A stretch of DNA of 64,000 nucleotides, taken from assembly GCF_006345805.1 (NCBI RefSeq), contig NC_043012.1, forward strand, positions 10,602,001 to 10,666,000. Reading direction: 5' to 3'. Positions 41,768 to 54,835 of this stretch are shown in pieces (the stretch's first letter is position 1; every line of letters begins with the position of its first letter). The stretch is from Octopus sinensis (Eukaryota). Below the pieces are notes generated by a model. It ran no database searches. It had not been told where the DNA came from and was given only the letters and a program-made list of their open reading frames with translations. The position numbers and the translations under genes were made by a program.

Positions 41768-42770
41768 TTGTGAGTGTGTGTGTGTATGTTGTAAGATCAG
41801 TTTTATGTCTGTTAGTTTGTGTAGCTGTTAGAAAACAGCTTGTACAGGTTTTGTGTCAAAATGGTTACTCACACAATCAATAAATCATAAGTAGATGAAA
41901 CATCAGATTTTAATTATACTGGTTCTGGGTTCGATTTGATTGGTTACAAAAATGCTGAAGGTGGTTGTCAATATTGGCCGTAGTCCAATGATTGAGACCG
42001 GTGAAAGTTTAAGAAGAAAATTATGTATCTTTGTATATATATGTGCGTACGTGAGCGTATATGTGTAATTGACTTGTTAATCCTCAGAAATCGGAAGTGT
42101 TTTATTTACTCTGTCACAGCGAACGAATGACCGGCAAGATCGATAACAGCAAAACAGAACTGAAACGAATAAAAAAATAAATAAATAAAATTCAAAAACA
42201 TAAAAATGAAAAATACAGTTAATAAACCGGTGAATTAAACAAACAAATAAACAAACCTTACTCTAAGGTTATTGGTTATCGATCTGCCATCTTGAATGGT
42301 TTCTTAATTAATGCTATGTTCACTGCGTACATTTTGATTGATCCGCGCATCGATTGATATAGGTGAATGAAGAAAAGACGACAAGGAGGAAAGAAGGAGA
42401 GAACTAAAGAGAAAAGAAACAGAAAGAAAGGAAGAGAGAAAAGAGAATAGAAGGGAGAAAACAAATACCAATGTTGGACACTGTCGTCTTTCTCCACCTC
42501 CACCAACGCATTCAATGAAATAAGGTCAATGTGACAATTATTGTCTAATTTAGATCAATAAGATTATTTATTGTTTATATATTGATGTCACACATGTATG
42601 TGTCGGTGTGTGCGTATGTACCTAAACGTATGCGTGTATGTTAGACTCTTTTCATTACATACAATCACGCCATTTACATATGTAGATGCGATCCTTCAGT
42701 TTGCAAATTTCTTGCTATGTCTATGGGGATTTCGTACGTATAACGTGTATGTGTGTGAATAAATGTAAAT

Positions 42771-42829
<59 letters not shown>

Positions 42830-44235
42830 CACACACACACTATCTCTCTCTCTCTCTCTCACTTACACACACATACATATATACTCTTTATTCCTGCTTT
42901 TCCAATTCAGCTATCCATAACAATATTTCTTTACATATTAGAAAAATACACTATTAAACTACACCTATGAAACCACTATACCCCATCCACAATATTAACC
43001 AAAAAGTATCTAATAATCTTGGAAAACCAAAACAAGCATTCCACTCAAACGGAGGCAACTAAGCCGAACTTTCGAGATCTCAATCAACATAATATATAAT
43101 AAAATGTGATACTCTACTGAAATATTATGACTCATTTTTCAATAAATATTTTACTATTTATACTTACAATCAAACAAAAATAATTAATACCTATCTATCG
43201 TGTATGCATGTGGAAACATCGCGTGAGCGAGTTTTTTTAACTAAAGACACAAAAGCCATACATTCCTTTTACGTTTAATTCTTAAAATGTCTGCTATAAA
43301 GTGTCAAATACTTATGTCTTACTTCTACACCCTGGTCACTAACATAATTTCAATATATCTATCGTAAATGCGCTTCTGACAAGATAAGTACAGTAATGGA
43401 ATAAGAAAAGATGAAATTATCGGAAAAAGCAAAGAGGAAGAAAGAGAAAAATAGCAACGCCACTGGTGTCTTCAGTTTGGATGACGATATTGTGACGGCG
43501 TCAAAGGTAACGGAGAGGAAAGAAATCGGTCCAGGAAATATTAGTGCGTCGTGAATGCTTCTGGGAATCTAACCTGTCCACTCTAAAACGACAAGCATTG
43601 ACACAAGTCAAGGGTGTTAATCTGGCCAGGACTTGTGTCCAGTGAATGGCGGGGTTGCACAGGCGAGTGAAACGATCAGAGATGTTCGGTGCACTGGTTA
43701 TGCAACTTAAAATGGTGCACTGTTTTATAGGGCAGAAAATCCGTTCGATCTTAGCGTGGGAGAGAAGTTAAGATCTCTGATGAGTATCAGGTGTATGAAG
43801 CAAGTGGCGTGACGGTGAAGGTGTTGGATAGAATGCAGTCTTTCGAACAAGACTTGATGGAGCGTGGAGTGTTATGTGAGTAAGTGTTAGTGGAGGGTGT
43901 GAGAAATACAGGGGCACAAGAAGAGAAGCAATGATAGTGTGGATGTACGCATACACACAGCTATATTTAGTAAAGTCATAATCGCAAAATCTGTGTGCTT
44001 GTGTGTGTGTATATATATATATACATACATACATACATGCATGCATACATACATACATACATATATAAAAAAATACATACATACGTACATACACACACAC
44101 ACACTCACACACATGACACAAGTAAATAGATACCCGATAACACATCGTTTTATGTTTGTTCTAACTTGTAAAAGTTTATATGTTTTATTAATTGACATTT
44201 TTATGTTTCAGGTTCTATATGCGACTGTTTAGTCA

Positions 44236-44342
44236 TGCCATGTACAAGACAAGCCTTGGAACTGACTGAATTTCGAAGAAGCCGTATTATGGGTAATTCT
44301 GAAGGTGGACATAATGAGCATAAAATCGCAGAAAACCTTACA
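44236..44342 (+). pseudogene. Tc1-like transposase N-terminal fragment
   Basis: MPCTRQALELTEFRRSRIMGNSEGGHNEHKIAENL resembles the ELTEFERGRIVGL..G...IA HTH start of Tc1 transposases; short match only. Confidence 0.5.
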
Positions 44343-44357
44343 TATTATATATATCTT

Positions 44358-44681
44358 AAAGACTCCGCCGGTTACGACGACGAGGGTCCCAGCTGATACG
44401 ATCAACGGAACAGCTTGCTCGTGAAATTAACGTGCAAATGGCTGAGCATTCCACAGACACGTGTACCCTTAACGTAGTTCTCGGGGATAATCAGCGTGAC
44501 ACAGAGAGTGACAAGGCTGACCCTTTGAAATACAAGTACAACTCAGTTTTGCCAGCTGAGTGGACTGGAGCAACGTGAAATAAAGTGTCTTGCTCAAGGA
44601 CACAACGCGTCGCCGGGAATCGAACTCACAACCTTACGATCATGAGCCGAATGCCCTAACCACTAAGCCACGCGCCCTCAC
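44358..44681 (-). mobile_element. SINE-D, full length
   Basis: Head GGCGCGTGGCTTAGTGG...GAGTTCGATTCCC; tgtgtccttgagcaagacac body; 3' half shared with SINE-C at 29520-29706. Confidence 0.85.
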
Positions 44682-44705
44682 TATTATTATATATATATAT
44701 ATATA

Positions 44706-44752
<47 letters not shown>

Positions 44753-44767
44753 TATTATTATTATTAT

Positions 44768-44808
<41 letters not shown>

Positions 44809-44991
44809 GAGGGAGGGAGAGAGGGAATGTCTGCAGCCGGTCAACTCTGAATCATACCGAGGATTTACATAATTTCACCTAACCAAAGTTACGATCTATT
44901 GATATTCGGTCAATTGTCCACATCGTTCATCGACTCATTAAAATGCATAATGATTACGTTGGGTTTTTTTTGTTATCTATCACATATGTAG

Positions 44992-45045
<54 letters not shown>

Positions 45046-45052
45046 TGTGCGC

Positions 45053-45098
<46 letters not shown>

Positions 45099-45321
45099 CG
45101 ATATTTCGGTGTATATGTTTCAATGTTGGCATGTAAGTTTTTAAATAATTACCATTCGCAAATTAGCACCATTCTTAAGTGAATACGTGAGTGTTTCAAA
45201 CTCACGCGCACGCACGCACATACGCACACACACACACCTCGAAATATGTTTATTTATTTCCTATTATGTGTACACTTACTGATATATATATCATCAATCA
45301 CTCATGCACACATATATGGGA

Positions 45322-45356
<35 letters not shown>

Positions 45357-45387
45357 TATGTATTTAGTATGTATGTATGTATGTAGG

Positions 45388-45459
<72 letters not shown>

Positions 45460-47834
45460 ATATATATACGTATATACATATATTAGTGTACATGTATATA
45501 TTTGTGTGTGTGTGTGTGTGTATACTAATGCTTACGTACGACTTACTTCAGGCAGAATGAACCAGTTCTGGTACGTGCTCTATACACTATGCTTCCTGGC
45601 TTCCTGTAATTTCTTTCAAATAACCTGTGTTTGTTGGTTAATGTGAGAGAATGAAGGAAACGGTACGGAACTCTGGAAAAATGAAAGAAATCTTATACAA
45701 CTCAGTTTTCGAATTTGTGCCACACATACGCATAGACTTCTTGAGAAAATGGTCTATTATAAATGAAGATACGTTGGGAACTGAGTATATAACGATCACG
45801 TAATTTTAGATATGTATCTTCAGAAATACGGAAAATGAACTGGAGATCTGAAGTAGAGTAAAGTGTATGAAGTAATATATATATATGAAATAAAATGGTT
45901 AAAATACAAACAAATAAGCGATAAATTAAACAAAATTATAATCTGCTTAATAAAGGAGAAAAGACAATATGTACGTGGTAATAACAGAAAATGAAAACCT
46001 AAGAGAAATGAAAGGAAGGTAAGAATCAAAACTGCACACACAAGGGAAGTAAGAAAAATTAACAATGTAATCGTTATAAAGTCAATATAAAATATACAGA
46101 AAATCACCTGGAAAATGTATCAAAGACAACAACAAAAACAAGCAAAGTTATTCTACACTGAGACAGTATAATTAAACAGAAAATATAAGACATACTTCTT
46201 GCACCTAGGAATTTGTCAGGAAAACTAGGAAAAATGGTGTAATATGCGAAATGACAATATATTATATTATATTAGAGACAAATAAAAATTTATCAAATTG
46301 CCGAATTTACAGTAATTTAAAATTAAGACAAAGAAGTCACATTACGTCGCGTGAAAATAATATCCTGTGTAAATTGAATATTGTTTTCGTCCATTAGACA
46401 AAGCGCGGGAAATGTCTTCAAAAGAGTTTCCATTCCGCCTTTTACATACTCCCCCTCTTTATCTTTCTTTCTTTCTGCACCTTTTCAGTTTCCATTTTAT
46501 TTTTGTTGTTGCCAGTGTTAGTTTTGTTTGAGTGGTTGTATATTTGTTTGTTTGTTTGTGTTTGGATTATTTTTTTTTTTTGTTTTGTTTTATAGTGTTT
46601 GTGTTGGAATTTTCTGATGAGTTTTCATGTACAGAATTCCTAACGTTTTGGTAAATCCATCATTTACATCAACAGAACACTCTAACCGCCCCTGCCATCT
46701 CCAATTCTTTGACGTACATCAGCTTCGCGTCCACTGCAACCACCCGCAACCACCACCACCACCACTACAATTAATTCTATTACAATTACAACAAAAACAC
46801 TTACTATTACAACAACCATCGTCATTATCATCATTGCATTACCACCACCGCTACCGTCACCAGTACAACCACAAGGTTCCAACGGAGCAATGTTGTCGAT
46901 GTGTGAACCATATTCCAGTTGGAATGTAAATTACACGACCGTTCTTGCCTGAGGCACAGTTCTAACCAGAAGTTGCAGATCTTAAGTAAATTCCAATTGG
47001 AATCGTTCTGTCATTTTAACTGGAGATGCCACACTGAATTACTTTTGGGGCAAACCACAACAATAACAGCTACAACCACCACCGCCATACTACTACCAGT
47101 ACCACCACGACTACCATCATCACCGACTAATACCTCCATGGTTTCTACTACATCAATCATCACCATCTCGACCACAATTATAATCCAGTTCTATATTTAA
47201 GAGATGAGGTATTATGTACATTATTTACATTATTTACATTCGACTACGGCAATTTACATTAAAGTTCATGTGCCTGCGGAATACTCAGCCGTGTACTCAC
47301 TAACTCCCCCAGAAGATCATTCTCTTGCTGGAACAATTGGACGACGACTCATCGTCGAAATTGACACAGACCCATTTGTATACGTGAGTGTGTGTGTATG
47401 CATGTGTCGCTGCGTAAGTGTGTGTGTGCGTTCGTTGATGTGTGTGTGTGTGTTTAAGTTAGTATGGGGTGTTACTCAAAAGCCAAGTTTAAGTACATAG
47501 ATATTAGATACCCAGCACCTATACCCAGTCTCAGAACACACGTGATTTCACCCATTTAAATACTCAACATGTAATAAAGTTCTGTCAGCGATTTTAGTAG
47601 AACTTTAAGCTGTGAAGATGTTTATATACACCGCGTATCGTTTGCTACCATGGAGAAATCCTTAATTAATCTCTGGGGTCCATCATAATGGCAATTGTAA
47701 CATGCTTCCCAGAGACTGGGTACTGACAGAAGATATCGTATTTCTATATAACTGGACATTCATCTTTCACTGTTTCTCCGTAATTTATCGCTGTGAAATG
47801 ATTTTTCCCGGCCTTATTAAGAATTGTCGTTTAT

Positions 47835-48220
47835 CTGTTGCTGTTGCCGTTGAGCAAACGGTCTTCGTCCCAGAGCTCGCAAGATGGGAGAAGTCCGAAA
47901 CGTGTTCCTTTGCTATTCGTTAGACCCGCAGAAGAGAAAGCAGGTCAACCCCCGACACCGATAGCATCGACGGATGGATGAATGCGCATCCAGGCTCAGC
48001 GGTTGCGTAGGAAGTCGGGGACAAGAAACAGGAAGAAAGAGTGAGAGAAAGTTGGGGCGAAAGAATACAACAGGGGGTCGCTACCACCCCCTGCCGGAGC
48101 CTCGTGGAGCTTTTGGTGTTTTCGCTCAATAAACACACACAACGCCCGGTCTGGGAATCGAAACCGCGATCCTTCGACCGCGAGTCCGCTGACCTAACCA
48201 CTGGGCCATTGCGCCTCCAC
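47835..48220 (-). mobile_element. SINE-C with tail type 3
   Basis: Same head to ~48024, unrelated 3' half ending CCGTT-TGCTC-AACGG(CAACAG)2. Confidence 0.8.
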
Positions 48221-48846
48221 TGTCGTTAATCTGTCTTCCCTCGTCGAATAATTCTCAGTATAACTGAAGCGGTGAATTGGGAGAACAGTGAGAGTGTCGG
48301 ATAAAATATCGCGTGGCATTTGTTTCAACTCTTGTCTACGTCGTGAGTTCAAATACCAGAGATGTGTATTGTTTTCCTTATTTTCGAAACCGATAAACAC
48401 AGTATTTATTCAACGCGTTAGGCTGACGAAAATATCAAAACGCATGCTGTAATTGCTTTTACATGGTAGAGTAAACCCATTGCTTGGGTCAACACCGCAT
48501 CCATCGTTACCTTAAGCGGTGTCTACTTTCCTGCAAGCTTTCAGGCCAGTTTTGTATTTGATGAGAGCTTCTCCCTTTCACCCTTCCTTCATACTGTCTC
48601 AGAGGCCCTGTAATAGGTCATGGGCCCTACCTTCCTCTCGGATGTAAAAGAAATATCAAGTATTTGAATAAGCAGAAACTTACCTTGGTATACCAGAGAG
48701 ATTAAAATGTGCCATATCTTTTTTTATATATGTTCTGTTTATTAGTGCTTAGAATAGATTCCATCAAATCACGTGTTAAACCCTTCGAAAATACCAACCC
48801 TGACATCATGTAGAGCCAATGTACCATTGAGGGTCCACAAATATTT

Positions 48847-48946
48847 NNNNNNNNNNNNNNNNNNNNNNNNNNNNNNNNNNNNNNNNNNNNNNNNNNNNNN
48901 NNNNNNNNNNNNNNNNNNNNNNNNNNNNNNNNNNNNNNNNNNNNNN
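48847..48946. other. Assembly gap (100 N)
   Basis: Run of exactly 100 N. Confidence 1.
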
Positions 48947-49912
48947 GCACAATCATTTTCTCGACGTTCCACGAGATCTGCTGACCCACAACGTTACTTA
49001 CAATTTCTGACACTGAAAAAAAAAAATTCACCAAGTCAAATGTTAACATAGCTTAAGATTTGGATACGTGTTCCTAATGTAGTACAAAATCACCGCTTTA
49101 GCAGGGTGCGTTTTGGTCTATAACATTGACCCAAGTGCTGGACTTTTACTTTATTTTAGTGAGCTTGAACGGATGAAAGGCAAATTTTACTTCGACGACA
49201 TTTGAGCGCAGAATCAAAGGAAAAACCACGAAGCATTTTGTCCGACGTTTCTAACGATCCTTCCAGCTCTCTGTTTTGGTACTTAGGATATAATGGTGAT
49301 CTAGTATAGTTTAAATTTTGGCACGAGGCCGACGTACAGTCGGGGATGTGGGTAAGTTGGTTATATAAGGATAAAAGGCAATGTCGACCTAGGCAGAATT
49401 TGAACTCAACATCATGAGGGATGAAATGATGCTAAGCATTTTCTGCACAGCGCGCTAACGACTCAGCCGGTTTGCTGCCTTGTGGTGATCCATTATCAAT
49501 AAAGCGACTCTTATTTTATTAATCACCAGGCGGGGGTGGGGGGGGGGGATAAAATTAAAATCGACAGAAGAACGATTTGAACTACTTGAAACAATCACAA
49601 ATTTCAAGCACACCACCGACCCCATCATTCGATGACGGAAAGAGCTGTAACAGAGAATCGAAACCTCGTCGCATGTTTTGATGCGCTTATAGCTGATTAT
49701 TGTGAATTATGTTAATAGATGGTAATTAATTTCTAATTTATTGAAATTTAAAATAATTACTTCACTCATTAAATTTGTCTGCTTTTCTTAGTGAGTCGCT
49801 CACAATTGCCGCTAAATGTTATTGATATCTTTCTCCAACTAAATAGTAAGTTTCCATATAAGGTTTCTGTTTATAGTCATATATATAGATATATATAAAA
49901 TGTAGGATTTCT

Positions 49913-50146
49913 TATTTCTTTATTGCCCTCAAGGGGCTAAACATAGAGAGGACAAACAAGGACAGATAAAGGGATTAAGCTGATTATATCGACCCAAGAA
50001 AGTGACAGGTACTTAATTTATCGACCCCGAAAGGATGAAAGGCAAAGTCGACCTCGGCGGAATTTGAACTCAAAACGTAACGGCAGACGAAATACTGCTA
50101 AGCATTTCGTCCGGCGTGCTAACGTTTCTGCCAGCTCGCCGCCCTT
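49913..50146 (-). mobile_element. SINE-B, full length
   Basis: Complete unit; AAAATGTAGGATTTCT repeated near both flanks. Confidence 0.9.
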
Positions 50147-50499
50147 ATTTCCTACAATCAGAAAATGTAGGATTTCTGATTTTACGCATATGTAGGATGT
50201 ATGTATGTATGTATTATGTTGTATTATATATATATTATATGTATATATATATATATATATAATATATTTATATATGTATATATATGTTGGGTGTATGTGT
50301 GTATATTTGCAATATGTGAAATTCAAAGCCGTTCTTAGTTTGCGTGTATGTGTTCATATGCGCTATGAATTTCTTTCTTTCTTCTTTCTTTCCTTCTCTC
50401 ACTCCCTTTCTCTCTCTCTCTTTCTTTCTTTCTCTCTCTCTCTCTCTCTCTTTCTTTTTTTCTTTAAATTATTTGTTTATATGTCAATAAGTTAAAATG

Positions 50500-51272
50500 C
50501 GTGACGTATCTGATCTCCAGAAGACAAATTATGGGAGCATGGATAACTAGGGATTCAGGCACTAAAACTGCTGGTTTGTTTTATGTTTCGAGAGGTACAA
50601 TTTCGAAAACCATACTGGCATTCCAAAACCACAGTAAAGCAGTTTGGTTAGCATTGGGTGAAAGGCAGAAGGGTCGCAGAAGAAGGAAGGCAGAAGGATC
50701 GCAGAAGAGTTTAACTTGTTGCATCCCAAATCCATCGAACTTATGCAGCAAAAAAGATAGCTGAGCTAACCCATCATCTTGCTAACTGTGTGCCAACCGT
50801 TTTTCGTGAACTCCATAAAACTGAATGCCATTGGAAAACTGCAATTGCTACACCTCTCCTGTTTCCCATCATCAATGTTGATAAGCGGGTAAAAATAATG
50901 TTATCTGAATAATTAGGAGAGGTTAAATGGTGCTATGGAATAATATCGTATTCTCTAATGAATCACTGTCCGTCCCTTTTCAAACTTCGGGGCAAGTTTG
51001 TGTTTCGGAGACAGACCAAAGAAGTCTTCATCTCTGGGTTTTTGGCACCTACCAAGAACCATGGCGATAATTCTCTGATAATTTGGGCAGCCATATCACG
51101 GAATTCTTTAGGTATTTTAATTGTTCTACGTGACAGAGTTAACTCTAAGGATTATATGTACATGTCCATCTTATTATTATTATAATAATTTGTTTTTGGT
51201 AGAACATATCCATCCTGTGGTACAAACAATTTCCCCTGATGGTAACGCAATCTTTGGGTGTGATAATACGTC
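50500..51272 (+). pseudogene. Degenerate Tc1 (DD34E-type) transposase relic, cut at its 3' side by a SINE-A copy
   Basis: RQIMGA..SGTKTAGLFYVSRGTISK (HTH), RELHK..AIATPL, WNNIVFSNES (first D reads N), APTKNHGDNSLIIWAAIS..RVNSKDY, HPVVQTISPDGNAIFGCDN. Confidence 0.82.
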
Positions 51273-51279
51273 GAACGCA

Positions 51280-51665
51280 GTCGTGGTTGTGTGGTAAGAA
51301 GCTTGCTTCCCAACCACATGGTTCCGGATTCAGTCCCATTGCGTGAAACCTTGGGCAAATGTTTTCTACTATAACTTCGGGCCGACCAAAGCTTTGTAGG
51401 TGGATTTGTAGACGCAAACTGAAAGAAGCCTGTCGTATGTGTATGTCTTTGTGTCTGTGTTTGTCCCTTCATTACTTGAACCGGTGTTGGTGTGTTTACG
51501 TCCCCGTAACTTAAGCGGCTCAGTAAAAGAGACCGTTTGAGTATGTTACAAGGCTTACAAAGACTAAGTCCTGGGGTGGGAGTCGATTTTTTTGACTAAA
51601 GCCCTTTAACGCGGTGCTCCAGCATAGCTGCAGTCAAATGACTGAAGCGAGTAAAAGAATAAAGA
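51280..51665 (+). mobile_element. SINE-A abutting the Tc1 relic
   Basis: Alignment to 610-1048. Confidence 0.88.
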
Positions 51666-52131
51666 GAAACTTGCTCAAGAGGATAGTCATTGGGATCGAG
51701 CCCAAGACCTTAGGACTGCGAAGCGAACTTCAAAACTATTTAGCCTTGCTGCTATAAAATAAATGCTGAGGTCGATATCCTCGAATATAAATCCCGTCAC
51801 CAGTCAGTCTGTGACTCATGGTTCCGTCGAAAGAGATGCTTTTAGTTACACAATATTGTTCATGTTTAGCCCCAAACCTGTCGTGGCTCATCAAGCAGAC
51901 CCACACTCTACGGCATTAAGTTCCTCATCTGTGTCGTTGATATTATTTTGCCATAATGTATCTACAACTACATTATCCAAAAGTGTTCCCCCATTCGCTT
52001 GTTGTTGCATCAGTTGTCCTCGTTTTTAAGTCTAGTTTAGTCCTGCAAGAAATTTGGCCGCTAATTTTTGCTGTTTAAGTGATTATATATATGTTCCTGC
52101 GTTGATTTCTGAAATAAGAAAAATAAATTTG

Positions 52132-52313
52132 GTTGTGTCTGGGGAAAGTCATTTTCCTTTTGTGCCTTATAATATAACACACTCACCGGTAAAATTTCCA
52201 CTTATTTCTTCTTTTTTTTTTATTTAAAAAAAATAAGAAATAAGTGGAAATTTTACCGCTGAGTGTGTTATATCATAAGGCACAAAAAGAAAATGACTCT
52301 ACCCAGACACAAC
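52132..52313. repeat. Fold-back inverted repeat: 79-bp arms, 24-nt T/A-rich loop
   Basis: 52132-52210 is the reverse complement of 52235-52313 with about 5 mismatches. Confidence 0.92.
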
Positions 52314-52755
52314 AGAATATGCTTCAACACACGAACTCACATGAAGAATCTTGTAAACCAAATCCAAAAACGAAATTTGGTTGCTATTTCTCGGAAGTCA
52401 GGAGGCCGCTTAGCGTTTCCTTCGTCAATTCGTGTGTTATTTTATATACATATATATATATTTCCTTTTCTGTTTCTATTTTCTCTTAGAGTGTGTGAAA
52501 TGAATGTGAATTTTGACTGCTATGTCTAGCAATTTAGAGACTTATTACATCGACTCACACAGAATATCCGGAAGACGGGAATTTAGTAGAGAAAAAGAAA
52601 AGGAAGGAAGAAAGGAACTCGAGACATAACAACAAAAATAAACAAAAGACCACAAAAATGTAATAAAGAACAAATTCAGGTATAAAGGGGTGGGGTGGAT
52701 AGATTATACTAATGAAACAAATTCGAATAACAAGAACGAGAAGATGAAAAAAAAA

Positions 52756-52870
52756 GACTGACGGCAGAAGAAATAACAGAAGCGAAGTCGGCAAATGAAG
52801 CCCGTGCGGTCGTCTGTTGCAGAGAAAGAACTGGACGCTGATTGGTCAATAATGGATTAAGAGGCGGAGT
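52756..52870 (-). promoter_or_regulatory. Candidate Pol II promoter (GC box, CCAAT box, Inr)
   Basis: GAGGCGGAGT 52861-70; reverse complement GACCAATCAG 52838-47; reverse complement TCAGTC 52756-61; downstream donor GTGAGT at 52558. Confidence 0.4.
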
Positions 52871-53258
52871 AGGAGTGTTAAAGTGAAGAGGTGAGGGACA
52901 TGAGAGTAAGATAAATAGAGAAAGAGAGAGAGAGAGAGAGAAGGGGAGAGAGAGAGGGGAAGAAGGTAATAGGAAAGGTTGTGGGAGCGAGAGAAAGGAA
53001 GGCAAGGTATACACAGAAATCTAGAGATATAAGAAGAGTAAAGGGGGTGGTAGAGTAGAAGGAGGAGGAAGATGACGACTGCAAAGGAAAAATGTGAATT
53101 TGGGAATCACGCAGAGTTATGTACATGGCCGAATATTATACAAATATTATACGCAACACACACACACACACACACACATGTTTAGCTTTACATTTATCAG
53201 GCAATCAACATCACAACATCCAGTCTGTTTCTTTTCCATCTATAGATTTTAAAATATT

Positions 53259-53476
53259 TTTCTTTACTACCCACAAGGGGCTAAAACAAGGACAGACATA
53301 GGTATTAAGTCGATTACATCGACCCCAGTGCGTAACTGGTACTTAATTTATCGACCCCGAAAGGATGAAAGGCAAAGTCGACCTCGGCGGAATTTGAACT
53401 CGGAACGTAACGACAGACGAAATACGGCTACGCATTTCGCCCGGCGTGCTAACGTTTCTGCCAGCTTGCCGCCTTT
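53259..53476 (-). mobile_element. SINE-B, near full length
   Basis: 17-bp TSD ATAGATTTTAAAATATT at 53242-58 and 53480-96. Confidence 0.9.
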
Positions 53477-53545
53477 ATCATAGATTTTAAAATATTGTGT
53501 CTAGCATAGGAAAGAGTATGCCTCTCTCTCTCACTCACACACGCG

Positions 53546-53596
<51 letters not shown>

Positions 53597-53632
53597 GCAC
53601 ACGCACACGCACACACACACACACACTTATAT

Positions 53633-53966
53633 GTTCTTTTACTCATTTACATGTTTCAGTCCTTTTGTCGAGCAAATCGCCCTACAGGATTATTTTATCG
53701 GTCTCTTTGGCCGAACCGTTAAGTTACGGGGACGTAAACACACCAACATCAGTTGTAAACGATGGTGGGGGACAAACACAGATACACAAACACATACATA
53801 TATAAGATGGGGCTTCTTTCAGTTTCCGCCTACCAAACCCACTCACAAAGCTTTGGTCGGCCCGAGGCTATAACAGAAGATACCTACACAAGGTGCCACG
53901 CAGCGGGACTGAACACGGAACCATATGGTTGGGAAACTTCTTACCACACAGCCAAGCTTGCGCCTA
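53633..53966 (-). mobile_element. SINE-A, partially deleted
   Basis: Reverse-complement alignment. Confidence 0.85.
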
Positions 53967-53987
53967 TACATACATACATACATACAT

Positions 53988-54043
<56 letters not shown>

Positions 54044-54507
54044 TTCAGCAATAGCTGTGTGTGAATGCTTCCTCAGATGGAATGCTATCGAGCATATATA
54101 TATATATATATCGTTGCTATTTTGCTAAATTGTCATATATCCAAATTTGGCCATATTCGGGTGTTTTTTTTTTTCATTATTTAATTTTGCTTGCAATAGC
54201 CGGTTCTTTTGGTCAAACTATCGTATCTCCAACTGCTTCAGATGCCTAAGATATGAAAATTGTCAAAGTGTCGTGCAACGGTTTAGCATTTTCAAAAGTG
54301 TAGTTAGTCCCACATACGACGGTTTTGCAAAAATATTTCTGACTAAAAATATCATACATGCATGGAGTTACGCTTTTATGCACCCAACTAAGTATTATTG
54401 TTAAGCTGAAACTGTTGTTAATGTAAACAGTAATGGAATGGTAAAACTATTTTTTCGTTTTCTGAAAAAGCAACGTTTTGGACTTACGACACTGCAATAG
54501 CAACGAT

Positions 54508-54549
<42 letters not shown>

Positions 54550-54799
54550 CAGGATTCGAGTGAACTTGGTAATTAATAATGAAGACACGAAGATTGAAAG
54601 CGTTTTCTTGTGCCTGATGTAAAACCTGTAATCATCAAAAAAAAAAAAAAAACATCTGAAACAGCTGTAGTGAACCACAAACCATCGTTATTATATATAT
54701 ATATATATAGTTCAAATTTAGAGAAAACGAAAGACGATGCCACGTGAAGGAAAAACAAACAGGAGTATTAGTTTAACGCTCGGGAAAAAATGGAAAGGT

Positions 54800-54835
54800 C
54801 TTTGACGTTTCGAATCTACGCTCTTCGATAGAAAG
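54800..54835 (-). ncRNA. Hammerhead-like motif family 2, second degenerate copy (repeat ~54722-54905)
   Basis: Reverse complement CTTT CTATCGA A GAGC-GTAG-ATTC GAAAC GTC AAAG; downstream ccgagcgttaaactaatac..tgtttgtt resembles the 56.4-kb copy. Confidence 0.45.

Noticed and set aside
44610-44681. tRNA gene candidates in SINE heads (also 13356-13428, 29334-29410)
   Set aside because: No acceptor-stem pairing; each continues into a SINE body
45640-45790. Possible mariner C-terminal fragment (..FEFVPH..)
   Set aside because: Match too short and needs several frameshifts
48684-48846. Perfect minus-strand donor AAG|GTAAGT at 48683
   Set aside because: No clear acceptor or coding frame upstream and it lies near the assembly gap
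54365-54395. Mariner TIR-like sequence (reverse complement TTAGTTGGGTGCATAAAA)
   Set aside because: No partner TIR or transposase remnant identified
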